Source: Aplysia californica (taxonomy: Eukaryota). From it: a stretch of DNA of 56,276 nucleotides. Positions 25,601-38,284 of this stretch are shown piece after piece. The first letter of the stretch is position 1. Each line of letters starts with the position of its first letter. The stretch is taken from positions 1 to 56,276 of the forward strand of contig NW_004797968.1 of NCBI RefSeq assembly GCF_000002075.1, written 5' to 3'. Made by a program: the position numbers and the translations under genes. The notes under the pieces were generated by a model. That model had not been told where the DNA came from, did not search any database, and saw only the letters and a list, made by a program, of their open reading frames with translations.

Positions 25601-27429
25601 AGCTTCATTCGCTTGTGACTATCGATGGGTGCAGCTCCCTCTGCAGTAAAGAACTCAACAACAGCTCTTTGCTTCAAGCGCACATTCATAGGTTTGATGG
25701 ACGCCGTTTTCTCGGCGACAATGTACCCTAGCTACCTCGATGTAAACAGCAAGAGCATAAAGGTGTGACATTACAGCATAATTCTGTTTTCTGGGTTTGA
25801 GAATGTACATATTGAAAGTCAATTGTGTACACATTTCATGAAGATATCTTGAATAGTTTAGAAGTTATTAGAGAGGGGGCAAACCTTTTTAAACGGCGTA
25901 AGTATTATTGTATAAAGAAATGCCCTCCCCCCATTGCCTGCTGCTTTGGCGCTGCAAACCTTGAAATTGACCTGCTTTGCGGAAATTCAAATCAGGGGTT
26001 TGGAAGTTCTAAATTATTCATATTAATATTATTTCTGAGAGAAGACTTCGGTCGCAAGTAGATCACCTGTTTAGACCGCCTGATTCTTTGGCTGGGCACA
26101 AAACATCAAGGAAAAGTTTCAGAAGGGATGATAAAAACCCTTATATTTCTAACTAACAACGTTCGAACGTTAGTCATGGGGTATGTGAAAAAAATCCAGG
26201 CTGTCTTTTTTCATCTTCTTCTTCCTTCTCAATGTGTCAGTCAATCCTGTGGTGTGCACAAACTATGCAGCTTTTGAAGATTTTCGAACGTACCATTTAC
26301 TGTTCTTTCTACTCTAGCGTAGCATATTGCCACGTCTGTGCTTTTGGTCAAGCCCCCAACCTGTATTTTACAGCGGCCGACAGAATTGCTTACCATGGTT
26401 CTTTTGTATTCCTAACGGTGGTATTTTCTGTGTTAACGAGAGGGTATCCCAAGCTTAATAAAAATTGTGTCAATGTGGACGTAAACAGTCAATCAATTCC
26501 TTTAGCCTTCAGTTATAATACAATTCAGATTCAAGCCCAAACTCAAATATTCTAACTATCTTCAAACGTTTGTCGTCCCAGAACCTTTAGCAATGATGAA
26601 TTAATCAGGGATAGGGAAATGGAAATGATTTTGCTACTTTTTTAGAAATGTCATGTAATGTCATCTCCTTTCTCCAATCCTTTCTTATAACACGATGTCT
26701 CTTTTTATCATCTTATATCGTATCGTCTTTTATATCGTCTTGACGATCAGTCTGTTCCTAGATTTCGAGCCATCCCATCTTATGCCATTGCATATAATAT
26801 AGCATCTGATCCAATTGAGCATGCCGTCAGTTTTCTAACCCTCCCCTACAAAATAAGGTGTTAATGTTTCGCTTTGTTTCACTTTTTTTCAAACTCAACT
26901 CAAAACTTGATCAAGTTTTATCTTTGCGTATGGTGTATGTTTGGAATCACCACTAGAGGCCCTTCTTTTCCTCTTATTTTTTATCAGTCTATTCGTCTTT
27001 TTTCCCTACAATGTTGTAGGTTTACGTGCTGTCTTTACTTTCAAACTCATTTTCTACGCCTACAGCCCTTTCAAGAGGATTGTTGGCAGGTGCTCTGGTG
27101 TGGTTTGCTCATTTTTCCCCTTTCAAACATCTTATGTTCCTATATCTCCTCCTTTGCATGTTTCTCCCTCGTAGAAAGCTTAATTTTCGGCATTTATATA
27201 ATATGACCTATTGGTGTTGCAAGTGCCCTAAAACGTTTACTAAAATGAAACTAAAACCGATAACAAAAATTATTTCCTTCAGCCCCTGGGCAGTGTGGGC
27301 GTGACCAAAGAGGCAGTGGCTGAGGCTGTGAGCTTCCTAGCATCGGACGCCGCCAGTTTCCTCACAGGTCTGTGTATGCCTGTGGATGGCGGCAGATCTT
27401 TCGCGGGGACTTTTGGGAACAAGTCCTAG
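22662..27429 (+). CDS. SDR / FabG-like oxidoreductase, copy 3 (278 aa); exons 22662-23278, 23786-23858, 27283-27429
   Basis: Same motifs and splice phases. Exon 2 reads EFAPDEESLDKHFAEALVTEIAKQ. Frame is intact. Confidence 0.93.
24515..25900 (-). mobile_element. Full-length degenerate mariner transposon in intron 2 of SDR copy 3
   Basis: TIR TACGAGGGTCGTTTAAAAAGTTTTGCC and a degenerate GGCAAACCTTTTTAAACGGCGTA. Disrupted transposase from 25689 (MNVRLKQRAVVEFF) with WVP, VTGDET, HDNARPH and HPPYSPDIAPSDF motifs. Confidence 0.93.
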
Positions 27430-29149
27430 TGCTGGAGAATCTACCTACAGAGTCATGTCCGGACTTTGGACATAGATAGCCGGAGACAGAGTGTTTTTAC
27501 ACAACATTTAAAGAGACCCAGAGTTGTTGAAATTACAATTAAACAGAATATTTGAATGACTTAAATTTTGGTAAATTAGCTTTGACTCTTTAATCAAGAT
27601 TCCATTCCCCCCTTCGCTCTAGCGGACTCTCACCCCGACTTTACAAAAAGAAGCATTGAAAGATCTGCAAGTTTGTCGCTCCAGGCTAGAGAGTGCCAGA
27701 GCTAGGTAGATTCTGCTGAGTAGGCTACACCTCTCCTACCTACGTGGTGCATAAAAGAAACCAAAAAAACAAACAGCGAACAACAACAAAAAACAAACAA
27801 ACTACTGTTTCCTCCCAAGGTAGTGAAAGGGGAAAAAGGGGAAAAAAGGGGGGGGGGGTCTGAAACGACAATTTGGAATACCAAATAGGGTGTGGGTATA
27901 TGGGAGGAGGGGGGAAGGGTAATGCTATGCCGACAGCAGATAATTGGCGCGGGTACGACACTAGATACAAATGTTGTGCCGTGGGTAACCTTGGAAATAC
28001 AAACAGGAGATATTTTCAGGAATCCGAGTGATGTCGTGTTTTTAATTTCATTTTTCTCCAATACTTTTCTCCATCTCCATTAGGTGTCTTGTAAAAATTG
28101 GCTTGATGGGGAGCGAGTGTATCAAGTTAGAAATAAATTAGATTGCAGTTAAACACCGCATTAACTTCTCATAAGAAGGTGAAAGATGGTTGAAAGGTGC
28201 GATTGTTATGACATGCCCTGTCCTTTAAGTCTCTGTCTTGTCGCCGTCTGCCTATTTCACACTTTCATGTTCAAGGTGACAATCATCGCATCTCATCGAT
28301 GTGGCTCCCTTTATCACAGACTCATGGCAAAGGAGTGGAAAGTAGTGAGCTGATCGGCTATCTACTCTATCAATATATTCGGTTGTGTCGATTTCGAAAG
28401 TTCATAGCTAATGCATCCTCGTGATTAACCTGATTCAAGAGATTGGCTCAAACGAAAGCAAACCCTAAAGGCTGCACCATTTTTGCGATCTAAAGTAGTA
28501 AAATGAAAAGATAGAAATTAGAAATGGAATATCTCGTTATAAAGAACACATTTTCACAAAGCAATTCACGTCAATTTAATTTGAAGAAATCGGAACGATA
28601 CCTCAAATTCACAAGGTTCCTGAAAACAATGTTTTTCACTAATTTTGTGTTTTGACCCATGAGTCTTATCTTTAGAACTATTACTAATCAAAGTTTAATA
28701 TTTAGATGCAATTAGGACATAGTTTAGATCTATAAAATGGATAAGATTTGAATCTTTATTTTGGAAACCAGCACTTTCTGCCATTCCTTTCGAACTGTGT
28801 AGTTTAGCCAGCTCGCTGAAACCCCGCAGCCAGTGCTGAGCGGGCCACGCCCTAGATTATCTAGTAAGCGGTCGGGCATCGTGATAAAGTAGGTTATCAA
28901 TCGATTCAGGTGGCATCAGGACTATGCAACAAAAACCTAGGATATCTAGATTCTAGATAAAAATGTTTCACATGATCGTCGGAAGCCGCAATTTGAAAAA
29001 TGATAAACGGGGTCGGGTTACTAGTACACACACATACACTCGGTCGTGTTTTGATGACACACTGTTATGCATCTGATCGTTTTTACGCCAAACTACATTC
29101 TGTGCACATCGAGGCAAGGACCACCAGCAAACATTTAAAAAAAGTAATC

Positions 29150-29399
29150 ATGGATGTTGATGTCAATTGGACAGAGAAATTAATAAGTGCAGTTGAAGGC
29201 AAACCTTTGCTGTACAATAAAGCTTTGAAAGATTATTCTAACAGAGATTTAAAAGTAAAAGCTTGGACTGAAGTGTGTGAATCTGTCGTTTCTGGATGGG
29301 GAGACCTGTCTGATGAAACTAGGAAACTCAAAAGAAAAGAAAATTTACATATATTTCTCTATCTTTCACTGCTTCTGTCTATATTCGTCTGTCTGTCTG

Positions 29400-29440
<41 letters not shown>

Positions 29441-30940
29441 NNNNNNNNNNNNNNNNNNNNNNNNNNNNNNNNNNNNNNNNNNNNNNNNNNNNNNNNNNNN
29501 NNNNNNNNNNNNNNNNNNNNNNNNNNNNNNNNNNNNNNNNCTCTCTCTCTCTCTCTCTCTCTCTCCATCCTCTCCTTCATTCATCTTTTTCTTCTTCTTG
29601 TACACCCCCCCCTTCCCCCCTTACACCTATGCACTTTTATACATGCACACAAAAATTAAACTTCATAGACGTTACAGTAATACAACAAACATGAATTATG
29701 AGTATTTAATATTTATTAGAAGGAAAAAAACCAACAAAACCCACACAGATGAAAACAAAGTGGAATTAAATATTGATACATGTATTTGTATAGTCTAGAT
29801 TTTGTCATTTTGCCAAGAGACAGAACCTTGTGGAGAGGTGAAGTACTTGGTAAAGTAGTCCCTTTTTGACATTGCGGATGCTGGAGCACGGACATTACAA
29901 AGAGTGAGACTTTCTATGGAGCATTCATACAGTGCGTCGTCAAAGCAAACTCCACCCCTTCGCCCCACGTAGTTATGCAGAATACAACCAGCTTTGATTA
30001 TGATATCGAAAAAATCAGGATTAACATCGAATTGGGTACGGAGGATTCTCCATTCATTTGCCAAAATTCCAAAAGCACACTCTACCATCCTTCTTGCACG
30101 AGTGAGGCGGTGACTGAAAATCTCTTGGCCTGTGCTAGATTCTTTCTGGCGTAAGGACGTAGGACGTGATCTGAAAGTGCAAATGCCTCCTCCCCAACCA
30201 AAACAAATGGCAACTGTAGACCATCAACATCACCTGGCAACTGCATATTTGACGGCAGATTTAACTAGCCGTTTCCAGTCTCTGGCCAAAATTTGAGTTC
30301 TTGAAAGCATACATGTAACTTCCGTATGAGCCAATGTCTACTGATATAAAACAGTAGTTTGCATCCACACACCCAAGAGCATATTAAAAAGAAATTCTTA
30401 TAGTTGTAAAACTTAGAACCACTGCTGTTTGGCTGACGAATTCGAATATGCTTTCCGTCAATTGCCCCGACACAGTGTCTTGCTGTAAAATTCAGTGGCA
30501 GTTTTTCAACCGTACATCTTCGTCCATTTCTGGCGTGTAGTGAGGTACAAGGCATGTCCACAAATTTTAATTCTCACAAACTTGCCTGATGATTTCACGG
30601 ATTGTTTCAATGCCAAGGAGAGATTCATAGTGAAGAGACAATTCTGCACCCAGTTGATAGATATCTGAAATTTAAGATAGTATTGTATCCTATACATAGC
30701 TGTTTAGGTCTTAGCCTAAATGTGTGTTTCCGACTAAACGTTCCTATTATATCTACTATTTAAGAAATATTATCTTTGCATTCCGTTTCAGGTAAAGAAA
30801 TCCAGCAAAGTTGGACACATTTGCGCAATTGTTTCCTTCAAGAACTTAGAGAGCAGAAGAGATGATGTCGGGACAGGCAGCCAGTAAAAGGAGGAAATAC
30901 ATTTATTTTGACCAGATGCTCTTCCTTTTACCCAGTCTTG

Positions 30941-30945
<5 letters not shown>
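29150..30945. mobile_element. Degenerate PIF/Harbinger element: MADF (Myb-like) gene on + with DDE transposase on - (~29795-30700)
   Basis: + strand LISAVEGKPLLYNKALKDYSNRDLKVKAW (MADF) and downstream KEIQQSWTHLRNCF...KRRKYIYFDQMLFL. Minus strand [12 protein letters not shown]...FYNYK and RARRMVECAFGILANEWRIL...CILHNY (HARBI1-like). Frameshifted; termini not identified. Confidence 0.85.

Positions 30946-30947
<2 letters not shown>

Positions 30948-31029
<82 letters not shown>
30948..31029. repeat. (GA)n microsatellite
   Basis: Seen directly. Confidence 0.95.
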
Positions 31030-31031
<2 letters not shown>

Positions 31032-31843
31032 ACATGTAAAAAAAAAGCATGTGATAGCTTGTTTAGCTTTATTTGGACCCCATCTCTGCCAAGTCAAGTT
31101 TCATCTGTCTAAATCCATTCACAAACTTCTGACTTTTAGCAAATAATGGACAGAAAAATATGATGTATAGGAAAACGCAATTTTAGTTCAAAATTTGTTC
31201 CCAGAAGCTGTAAATCACTACATTTTAAAAGCATGTTAGAAGAAATAATATCTATCTATCTGAGGCATAATACATGGTAAAATAACGCAATAGAGGCTAA
31301 ACTACAGGAAATGGGTTTTTAAAAAAAATGATACTTTGAAACTATACACTCATTTCAGGTGCCATCTCCTCTTAGTTATAATAGCCCAAGGTATTGGTCT
31401 TGAAAATACTGACATAGTGTTATGAACATAATGTCTAAACCCCGAAATTGAAGCTCACATGACCTTATGCAGTTGCGAGCACCTTAAAACCTCTACTAAA
31501 ACAAAAAACAACAACAACAAACAAAACCACGAAAACAACAGCTATAGTGTTTATTGACGAATGACGATAGTGTTTTTGGCGTGGGTAGTCAATCTGGCGT
31601 GAAAGCGGTAGTGTTTTTAGCTTAGAGATAGTGTTTATAGCGTACGTCCAAATCATTAGGGTAGTGTTTACAGCATGTGCAAAACTCACTACGGTAGTGG
31701 TCATGGCATGAAAGCTTACGCCAAAACCACTACGGTAGTCTTTATTGCACGGTAGTGTTCTGAGCGTGTTACAGGGTAAATGGAATGTGTAGAAAAACGC
31801 AGTTGAGAAGACGTACGGGTGGAGACACGCTCTAACATAACAC

Positions 31844-31846
<3 letters not shown>

Positions 31847-31912
<66 letters not shown>
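31847..31912. repeat. (TA)n microsatellite
   Basis: Seen directly. Confidence 0.95.
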
Positions 31913-31916
<4 letters not shown>

Positions 31917-34900
31917 CAATCACCCTTTTGCTTCGCAGACTATACGCTCTAGTTCGCAGACAAGGCGCCTGAAGCTCCCAATCCAGTTATATAATATAAT
32001 GCATGTTGATGCTAAATATAATAACTAGGTCAGTTGTGGTAAACTACAAAGTCTACAATACAGTGTGGAAGGAGGAATTAGGCCTATGAAGTTTGATAAG
32101 GGCTGATTTGGTAGTCTCCATAGCGAGGGATTTTTCCACTTTGTCCTGATAATTTTAAAGTGATAACACTAGAAGCTGGTCAGGAAGAGAAAAACGTTCG
32201 ATGGTCTGTACACATTCGCAAAGGAAGACAGTGTATTTCAAAGACAGATGAACTGATACCTGTACGTTTTATCCTCAAACTTGATTGGAACACGCCAGTC
32301 GTAATTCGTAAGTAGTAAGGCATCACACCAATGTTTATTGTTTATTGTTTTCCTTTAATTAGCCTACTTAGTGTGTATAATAGAATAAATAGAGCACGAA
32401 CTTACCTTGTGCAGCTGGATGTAATTGTTAAGTTCCCTTCTGTTTTTCTGTAGGTTTGCCTTGCTTTTCCCCAGCTCTAAACGACACTTGCCGTGTCGAT
32501 GTGCTTCTCTTTTTTATTATGCGTATTTTAAGGGATATTGCTTGCTGCTTCACTCTTGTAGTAGTGGGGCCAGGTGAACAGAATTATTTCTTCTGCTAGC
32601 GTGTCATGCGTACAATAGAAAGCTGCTTTAATAGAATTGGTAAACGCGCTTCTTGCCATGAGATCATTCGCCACACATACCAATGTCGGACTGAAGCAGT
32701 ACCGCCAGATGTTTAATTGAAGCTGGTCTCAACAAAAACAAGCATACGCAAAGGAGAAAACGGAATGTAGTCGGTCTGGCTTTATCAAACACATCTGCTT
32801 CCATCACCACTTTGTTTCCCTTCCCCATTCACGGCCTACTTTGTGCTGCTTCCTCCGTCACTCCTGCTTCTTCCTGCCGTCACTCTTNNNNNNNNNNNNN
32901 NNNNNNNNNNNNNNNNNNNNNNNNNNNNNNNNNNNNNNNNNNNNNNNNNNNNNNNNNNNNNNNNNNNNNNNNNNNNNNNNNNNNNNNNNNNNNNNNNNNN
33001 NNNNNNNNNNNNNNNNNNNNNNNNNNNNNNNNNNNNNNNNNNNNNNNNNNNNNNNNNNNNNNNNNNNNNNNNNNNNNNNNNNNNNNNNNNNNNNNNNNNN
33101 NNNNNNNNNNNNNNNNNNNNNNNNNNNNNNNNNNNNNNNNNNNNNNNNNNNNNNNNNNNNNNNNNNNNNNNNNNNNNNNNNNNNNNNNNNNNNNNNNNNN
33201 NNNNNNNNNNNNNNNNNNNNNNNNNNNNNNNNNNNNNNNNNNNNNNNNNNNNNNNNNNNNNNNNNNNNNNNNNNNNNNNNNCAAACCAATGTGCCAGCAT
33301 CTGGACAATAAAGATTTATCGTATCTTTTCTGATCTTGTCTTATCTTATCTTATCTGGTTCTTTCTATTGCTATCCCTGACTCCTTCTAACTGCACCGTC
33401 TTTCAGCTACATCCCTGATCTTAGAAGACGAAAAATCTCGGCAGTTGCTCATGTTAAATTTCCGTTGGTGGTCCTAAAATTGATAGGAGTAGGCTTAGGT
33501 CACCCCTCGGACAAAATATAAAATTAATTCCTTCCAAAACTTACAAAAGTCAGTATAAAACAAGATATAGAGTACCTTCAAAATCTAAATGCGGCTGCTT
33601 GAAGGCAAGGGGCCATACGTGTAGGAAAATATGTCACAGTTGCACTGCAAGTTGAAGAATCAGCTGTCGGCTAATTCTGAAATCAAGCACATGAACGCAA
33701 AGAAGAAAGATCGAGTGTCTCGGTCTGTTTGAGACGTATCCCTCTCAGCCCAGGTTGGTCTTGACAGGCAGGGTCGAAGCCCATATCTTAAATGATCTTG
33801 TGTTGGTGGGTGTGAAAAACCCTTATATTAAAATCTTTATTTTTTTAATAAAACAGGCTATACCCTCCACCCTGAGACTTGGCCAAAATTGTATTCTGTA
33901 AAGGTGCATTGTAGCAGAAGGAACTTTTTATGTTTGAAAAAGGTTGCACTAAATTTAGAAACCTTTGAATCTTAAAGATTGTTCCCCTTAAAACAAGAAC
34001 TAAAATGTTTTTACGGGAAAAAATAATCATCCGTATGAGCAAATATCGCTATAAAGCCCCCTGCATACACACATCGACCTCTCGTTGTCCACTTTGGACG
34101 ATTTGTAATCTTCGACACTGCACCTTCTTCAACACGATTCTCTTTCTATCTCCCTCTATCATAGAAAGAGGGCATTTGGATAATCGCCTTTCAAACCGAA
34201 AGACCCTATAACAATGTATTGTACTTTTATAATCTGACGGTACTTTCTCGAAATATGGAATAGTCTGATCTTTGAATGATTGAAATACTATTCCGCTGTC
34301 CACACAATAATGGCTGAGTGTGAAATTCAGAAAAAGACCTGGAAAGAAACAAGTATTTCAATGAATTGTACGTGTGTCCAGATACTGTCCGTGTGAGGCG
34401 AACGCTTAAACTGTTGTGAAATACTGGGACAATAGGCTCAATGAATTTGAAAAAAGAACCCGATGTGCTATTTATAGCCGATTGAAGCATGGTCTATCTT
34501 GTTGCTGTTACGAGTTCTTCTGGGAATAACTTCTATATCTACTGTGTCCAGAAAAATATGGCAGACATTTGATTCAGAAGGACAGAATTGACGGTTTGTT
34601 ACGGTTGACAAATAATGAATTATAATATGGAAGTACTGGCACAAGCTAAAAAAATTAACTCGTAATCGCTGTTTTCGTCTCAGGGGCACTGACCAGGTAT
34701 TCGTGTAAGGGTAAGGTGTTCATTTTGCATAACGTAAATCACATTTTCTTTGTGTATTTCTTTGAAGAGTGAGTCCTGAACGAATTTTTTTCAAGAGTTA
34801 CCACTGCCTGCAAATAGTAACCTCCGTTGACTGAATCGAAGACAACTTGGGTACAAACCTTTACCCCAGACTTCAGACAAAATGGCGTCAAGGAGAAGCG

Positions 34901-35509
34901 AACACAATGAACAACTCAAAGGCAAAGTCTGTGTCGTGACCGGAGCCAGCTCTGGGTTAGGGGAGAGCATCGCCATCATGTTCGCCCAGGGGCATCTGTC
35001 ACCTTATCTGGCCGGAATGAGGTAAGGCTCCAGGCCCCCATGACCTTGTGCGTCCAGGTCAGTGGAGGTCAAGCTGACCGCTTTTTGGCCTTGAGCGGGG
35101 ACGTTGTCGACCCCTCTGCAAGGAAGACGATTGTGGAGAAGACGGTAGAGAAATTTGGACGTCTGGATGTGTTGGTGGCTAACGCTGGTGTAGCAGATCC
35201 TCAAAGTGGGATTTTGAATGCTAGTGAAGAAACTTTTGATAAAATCATGAACACGAACGTAAAAGCAGTGTTCTTCCAGATTCAAGAAGCGGTGCCACAT
35301 CTGGCAGAGAGCAAGGGCAACATTATCGTTGTTTCATCCATGTTGTCATTCATGGCGTGCTCATCCAGTATTTTGTATCCAATGTCAAAAGCAGCAGTTG
35401 ATCACATGATCCGATGTCTGGCGTCGACCTTGGACCGAAAGAAATCCGGGTCAACGCTGTGAATCCATCACTCATTCCCACAAGAATTCTTAGGTTTGTA
35501 TTTTGTCCT

Positions 35510-36049
35510 CAATTGTTTTATTTTCTTTTTTTTGGTAAGTGTTTTACGGCGCTCGCAACTGCATAAGGTCATATGATCACGCGAGACGTACTGAACTTTT
35601 TTTGTTGGTAGGAAATTTTGAATTTTGGCAGGGTGACGGCCTGAAGCCTAATCTTATCGATTTTAGACCACCAAGGGATATTTAATGTGTGCAACTTACA
35701 AACGGACTCTCCGAGATTTTTCGCCCTCGCCCGAGAAGGCTAGGTGTAGATCTTTTGTACCAGAAGATCAGGGGGATGTGGCTGAAAGACAGCAGTGAGA
35801 AGGAGCCAAAGATTAGCTGTAGAAAGGCTGCATTAAGAGTCAGGAGCTCAGAGGAGCGGGCAAAGGAGGTGAGGGAGTGGGGGTAGAAAGAGGAGACGAA
35901 AGCAGACGACAGAACATTGTTAGAGAGCAGGAAAGGAGGTGAAAGAAGACACTTTTAGAGAAGAAAATGTTTCTTTCATTACCCGGATTCGAATCCGGGA
36001 CCTCTGATTGAGAGACCAACAACTTAACCTCTAGGCCACGAGAGCCCCC
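35510..36049 (-). mobile_element. tRNA-derived SINE in intron 1 of SDR copy 4
   Basis: Reverse complement of the 4717 family. It interrupts GTCCT|GGCTTG, which is contiguous in intron 1 of copy 1. Confidence 0.88.
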
Positions 36050-36828
36050 TGGCTTGCTTTCCACGTTGTACGTTATTTTATAATATTTTAAACAAAAGGT
36101 AGATCGGCATTAACCCTTTAAAATGAAACAAAGAAGATGGGCATAAAGCCACGAAGATGTCAAAAGAAAGGGAGAACCTGTTGCCTTATATAGAGTCTGA
36201 ATTCCAATCAAGTAAGCACCTCAGGATTTGGAGCGGATATTTACGAAGATACACTGCCACTTTGATTTGATAGCGTATTGAAACAGTGAAATAACGGCAG
36301 TCGCAAAGCTAAGTTAAAAGGGAACATATGACCGTGAATGGGCTAGCCTTTAAACGAGAATTATATCCACTATTCCACACCAATCCCTTTCACTTCATCA
36401 CAACCCACGACAAATGAACTAAGCAGGACGGCCCAATTTTTGACAGATACCAGACTTCAATTGTGATGCGATCGAGAAGAAGAAGATCACAACCCAGACA
36501 AAGTATGGTAAAGCAGCTCAGAAATAATTTGCATTGAGAACTTTCACATTTTGCTCTGCAACTAATTTTGTCTTTATCATGGGTTTCGGCGGTAAACTGT
36601 ATGATCTTATTACCCCCCCCCCACACACACACACTCTCCCCAACTTTTAAAACCCCCTCCCTCTATTTTCAGACACTACACCCCCGATGAAGAAACTTTG
36701 GATAAGCTGTACACCCAAGTGCTTGTCTCAGAAAATGAAAAACAGGTGTGTGGTCTCAAGTCCACGTTTTGTAAGTTCTCTTTGTACTCTCACTCTGCTT
36801 TCTGTTCCACGCTAAACTGCTGTCAAGT

Positions 36829-38284
36829 ACACCGTGATCCTAACCCCCTCCCCCCCCCGAAAAAAACAAAACAAAACAAACTATACCGCATTTTTGTAAA
36901 TATTTCCCTCCGCACTGAAGTTTTGCATTTCAAATTTGTACACAACATTGAAAATCAAAAGAAATTTGTCTGATATTCATTTAAGATAATTCCACAGAAT
37001 AGTTTTGCTCGACATAGCGCGTAAAAAAACCCAAACCATTTTCAGCTGTCCTCATTTTGTGGCATGACGCACTTGTTCGCATTAGGCCTACCACCAACGA
37101 TCGCGCCATATTGCAAACTGCAGTAGTCTAACAGGCCAACAAAGGGTTTGTAGATAGTTTTTATCAAGTTTCCCTTGCCTGCTGAGATCATGGTTAAGAT
37201 TAGTAACTAGCAGAGAGCTTTTGTATTGAACGTTTTCTCACCGCCAACTCTTTTCGTAAGTCTCGCACAAGATACGGTAGGCCTAACAATGTTAAAGTGC
37301 CCTTAATGCCTTCATTGATGTCAAGGGTGGAAATGTTCCATCAGTTAGGACCTGTAGAGAATCAGAACAAAAAAATCCCAAACAAAACGACCACTTTAGA
37401 TCAAAGACACACCGTTTGCACCTCTTTAAACGTCACCAGGGCACAGAAATCGGAAGATAAGCCCCATGAGACGTCTTTCCGCAGACGATGTCTACAGCAA
37501 GGACTTTCCTACATCAGAACGGTTCGCATTTTCAAGGCAGATCTTCATCTACGGCTGTACCATTTTCCTGTTCGCGAAGCTGACACAAATCAGAAGTTTT
37601 CATGATTCCTCGATCGTCTTGAAAAGCGTGATCATTCCTCTAAGACTTTTGATTTTTTTGCAAAGCCCAAGTTCACATTTCAGGATATGTTAACTCCACA
37701 AATGCCTATTTGAGCAACCTCACCCGCCACCCTACTGTCTCTAGAAGCAACTCCATACTGTAAGGTGTACAGTGTGTGTAGCTTTGAGTACTCGTGGTTT
37801 GGTGGATCTTTGTGTTGGGCCACCATTGAACATTACGAACGACGCCTTATAATGTGACGAGTCCACAGGAGGACATATAGAGCACTAGTTCTCGGAGTTC
37901 CAGAATACAACAATTTTTTAAAACTCTTTAAAGAAAAGAAATATTATTGTTTAAATGTTACAGGGATGGAAAGATTATATTTTAAAAAGAAAAGGAAGGC
38001 AAAAAATAAACCAATCATTTCATGACCTTCCTTTTAAATTGCAAGATCTTTTAAATTGGTGCCTATTGCATTTATTTGTGGTTTTTCATAAGCCATTTCC
38101 GTGTTCGAAAACATGTTTCTTCTTTAAGAAATTTATGTCAAACAAATTCCTTTAAAATGAATTATATCTGTACCACATTACAACATTCTAGTACAAATTG
38201 TACATTAAAAAAATCACCCTGTATGCTTATATTTTTTTGTCGTGATCCTGGTGACAAAAATCACATGAATTACTGAAAACGGTA
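36829..38284 (+). mobile_element. Decayed Tc1/mariner-superfamily element (maT/rosa-like transposase relic) in intron 2 of copy 4
   Basis: Absent from the other copies' intron 2. Fragmentary translation QRAFVL...TSFRRR..QQGLSY..V.IFKADLHL..Y...GYVNSTN...LHTVRCTV fits this transposase group. Ends are approximate. Confidence 0.55.

Noticed and set aside
31543-31780. CRISPR-like array
   Set aside because: Repeats are only ~6-9 bp with irregular spacing, there are no cas genes, and the context is eukaryotic.
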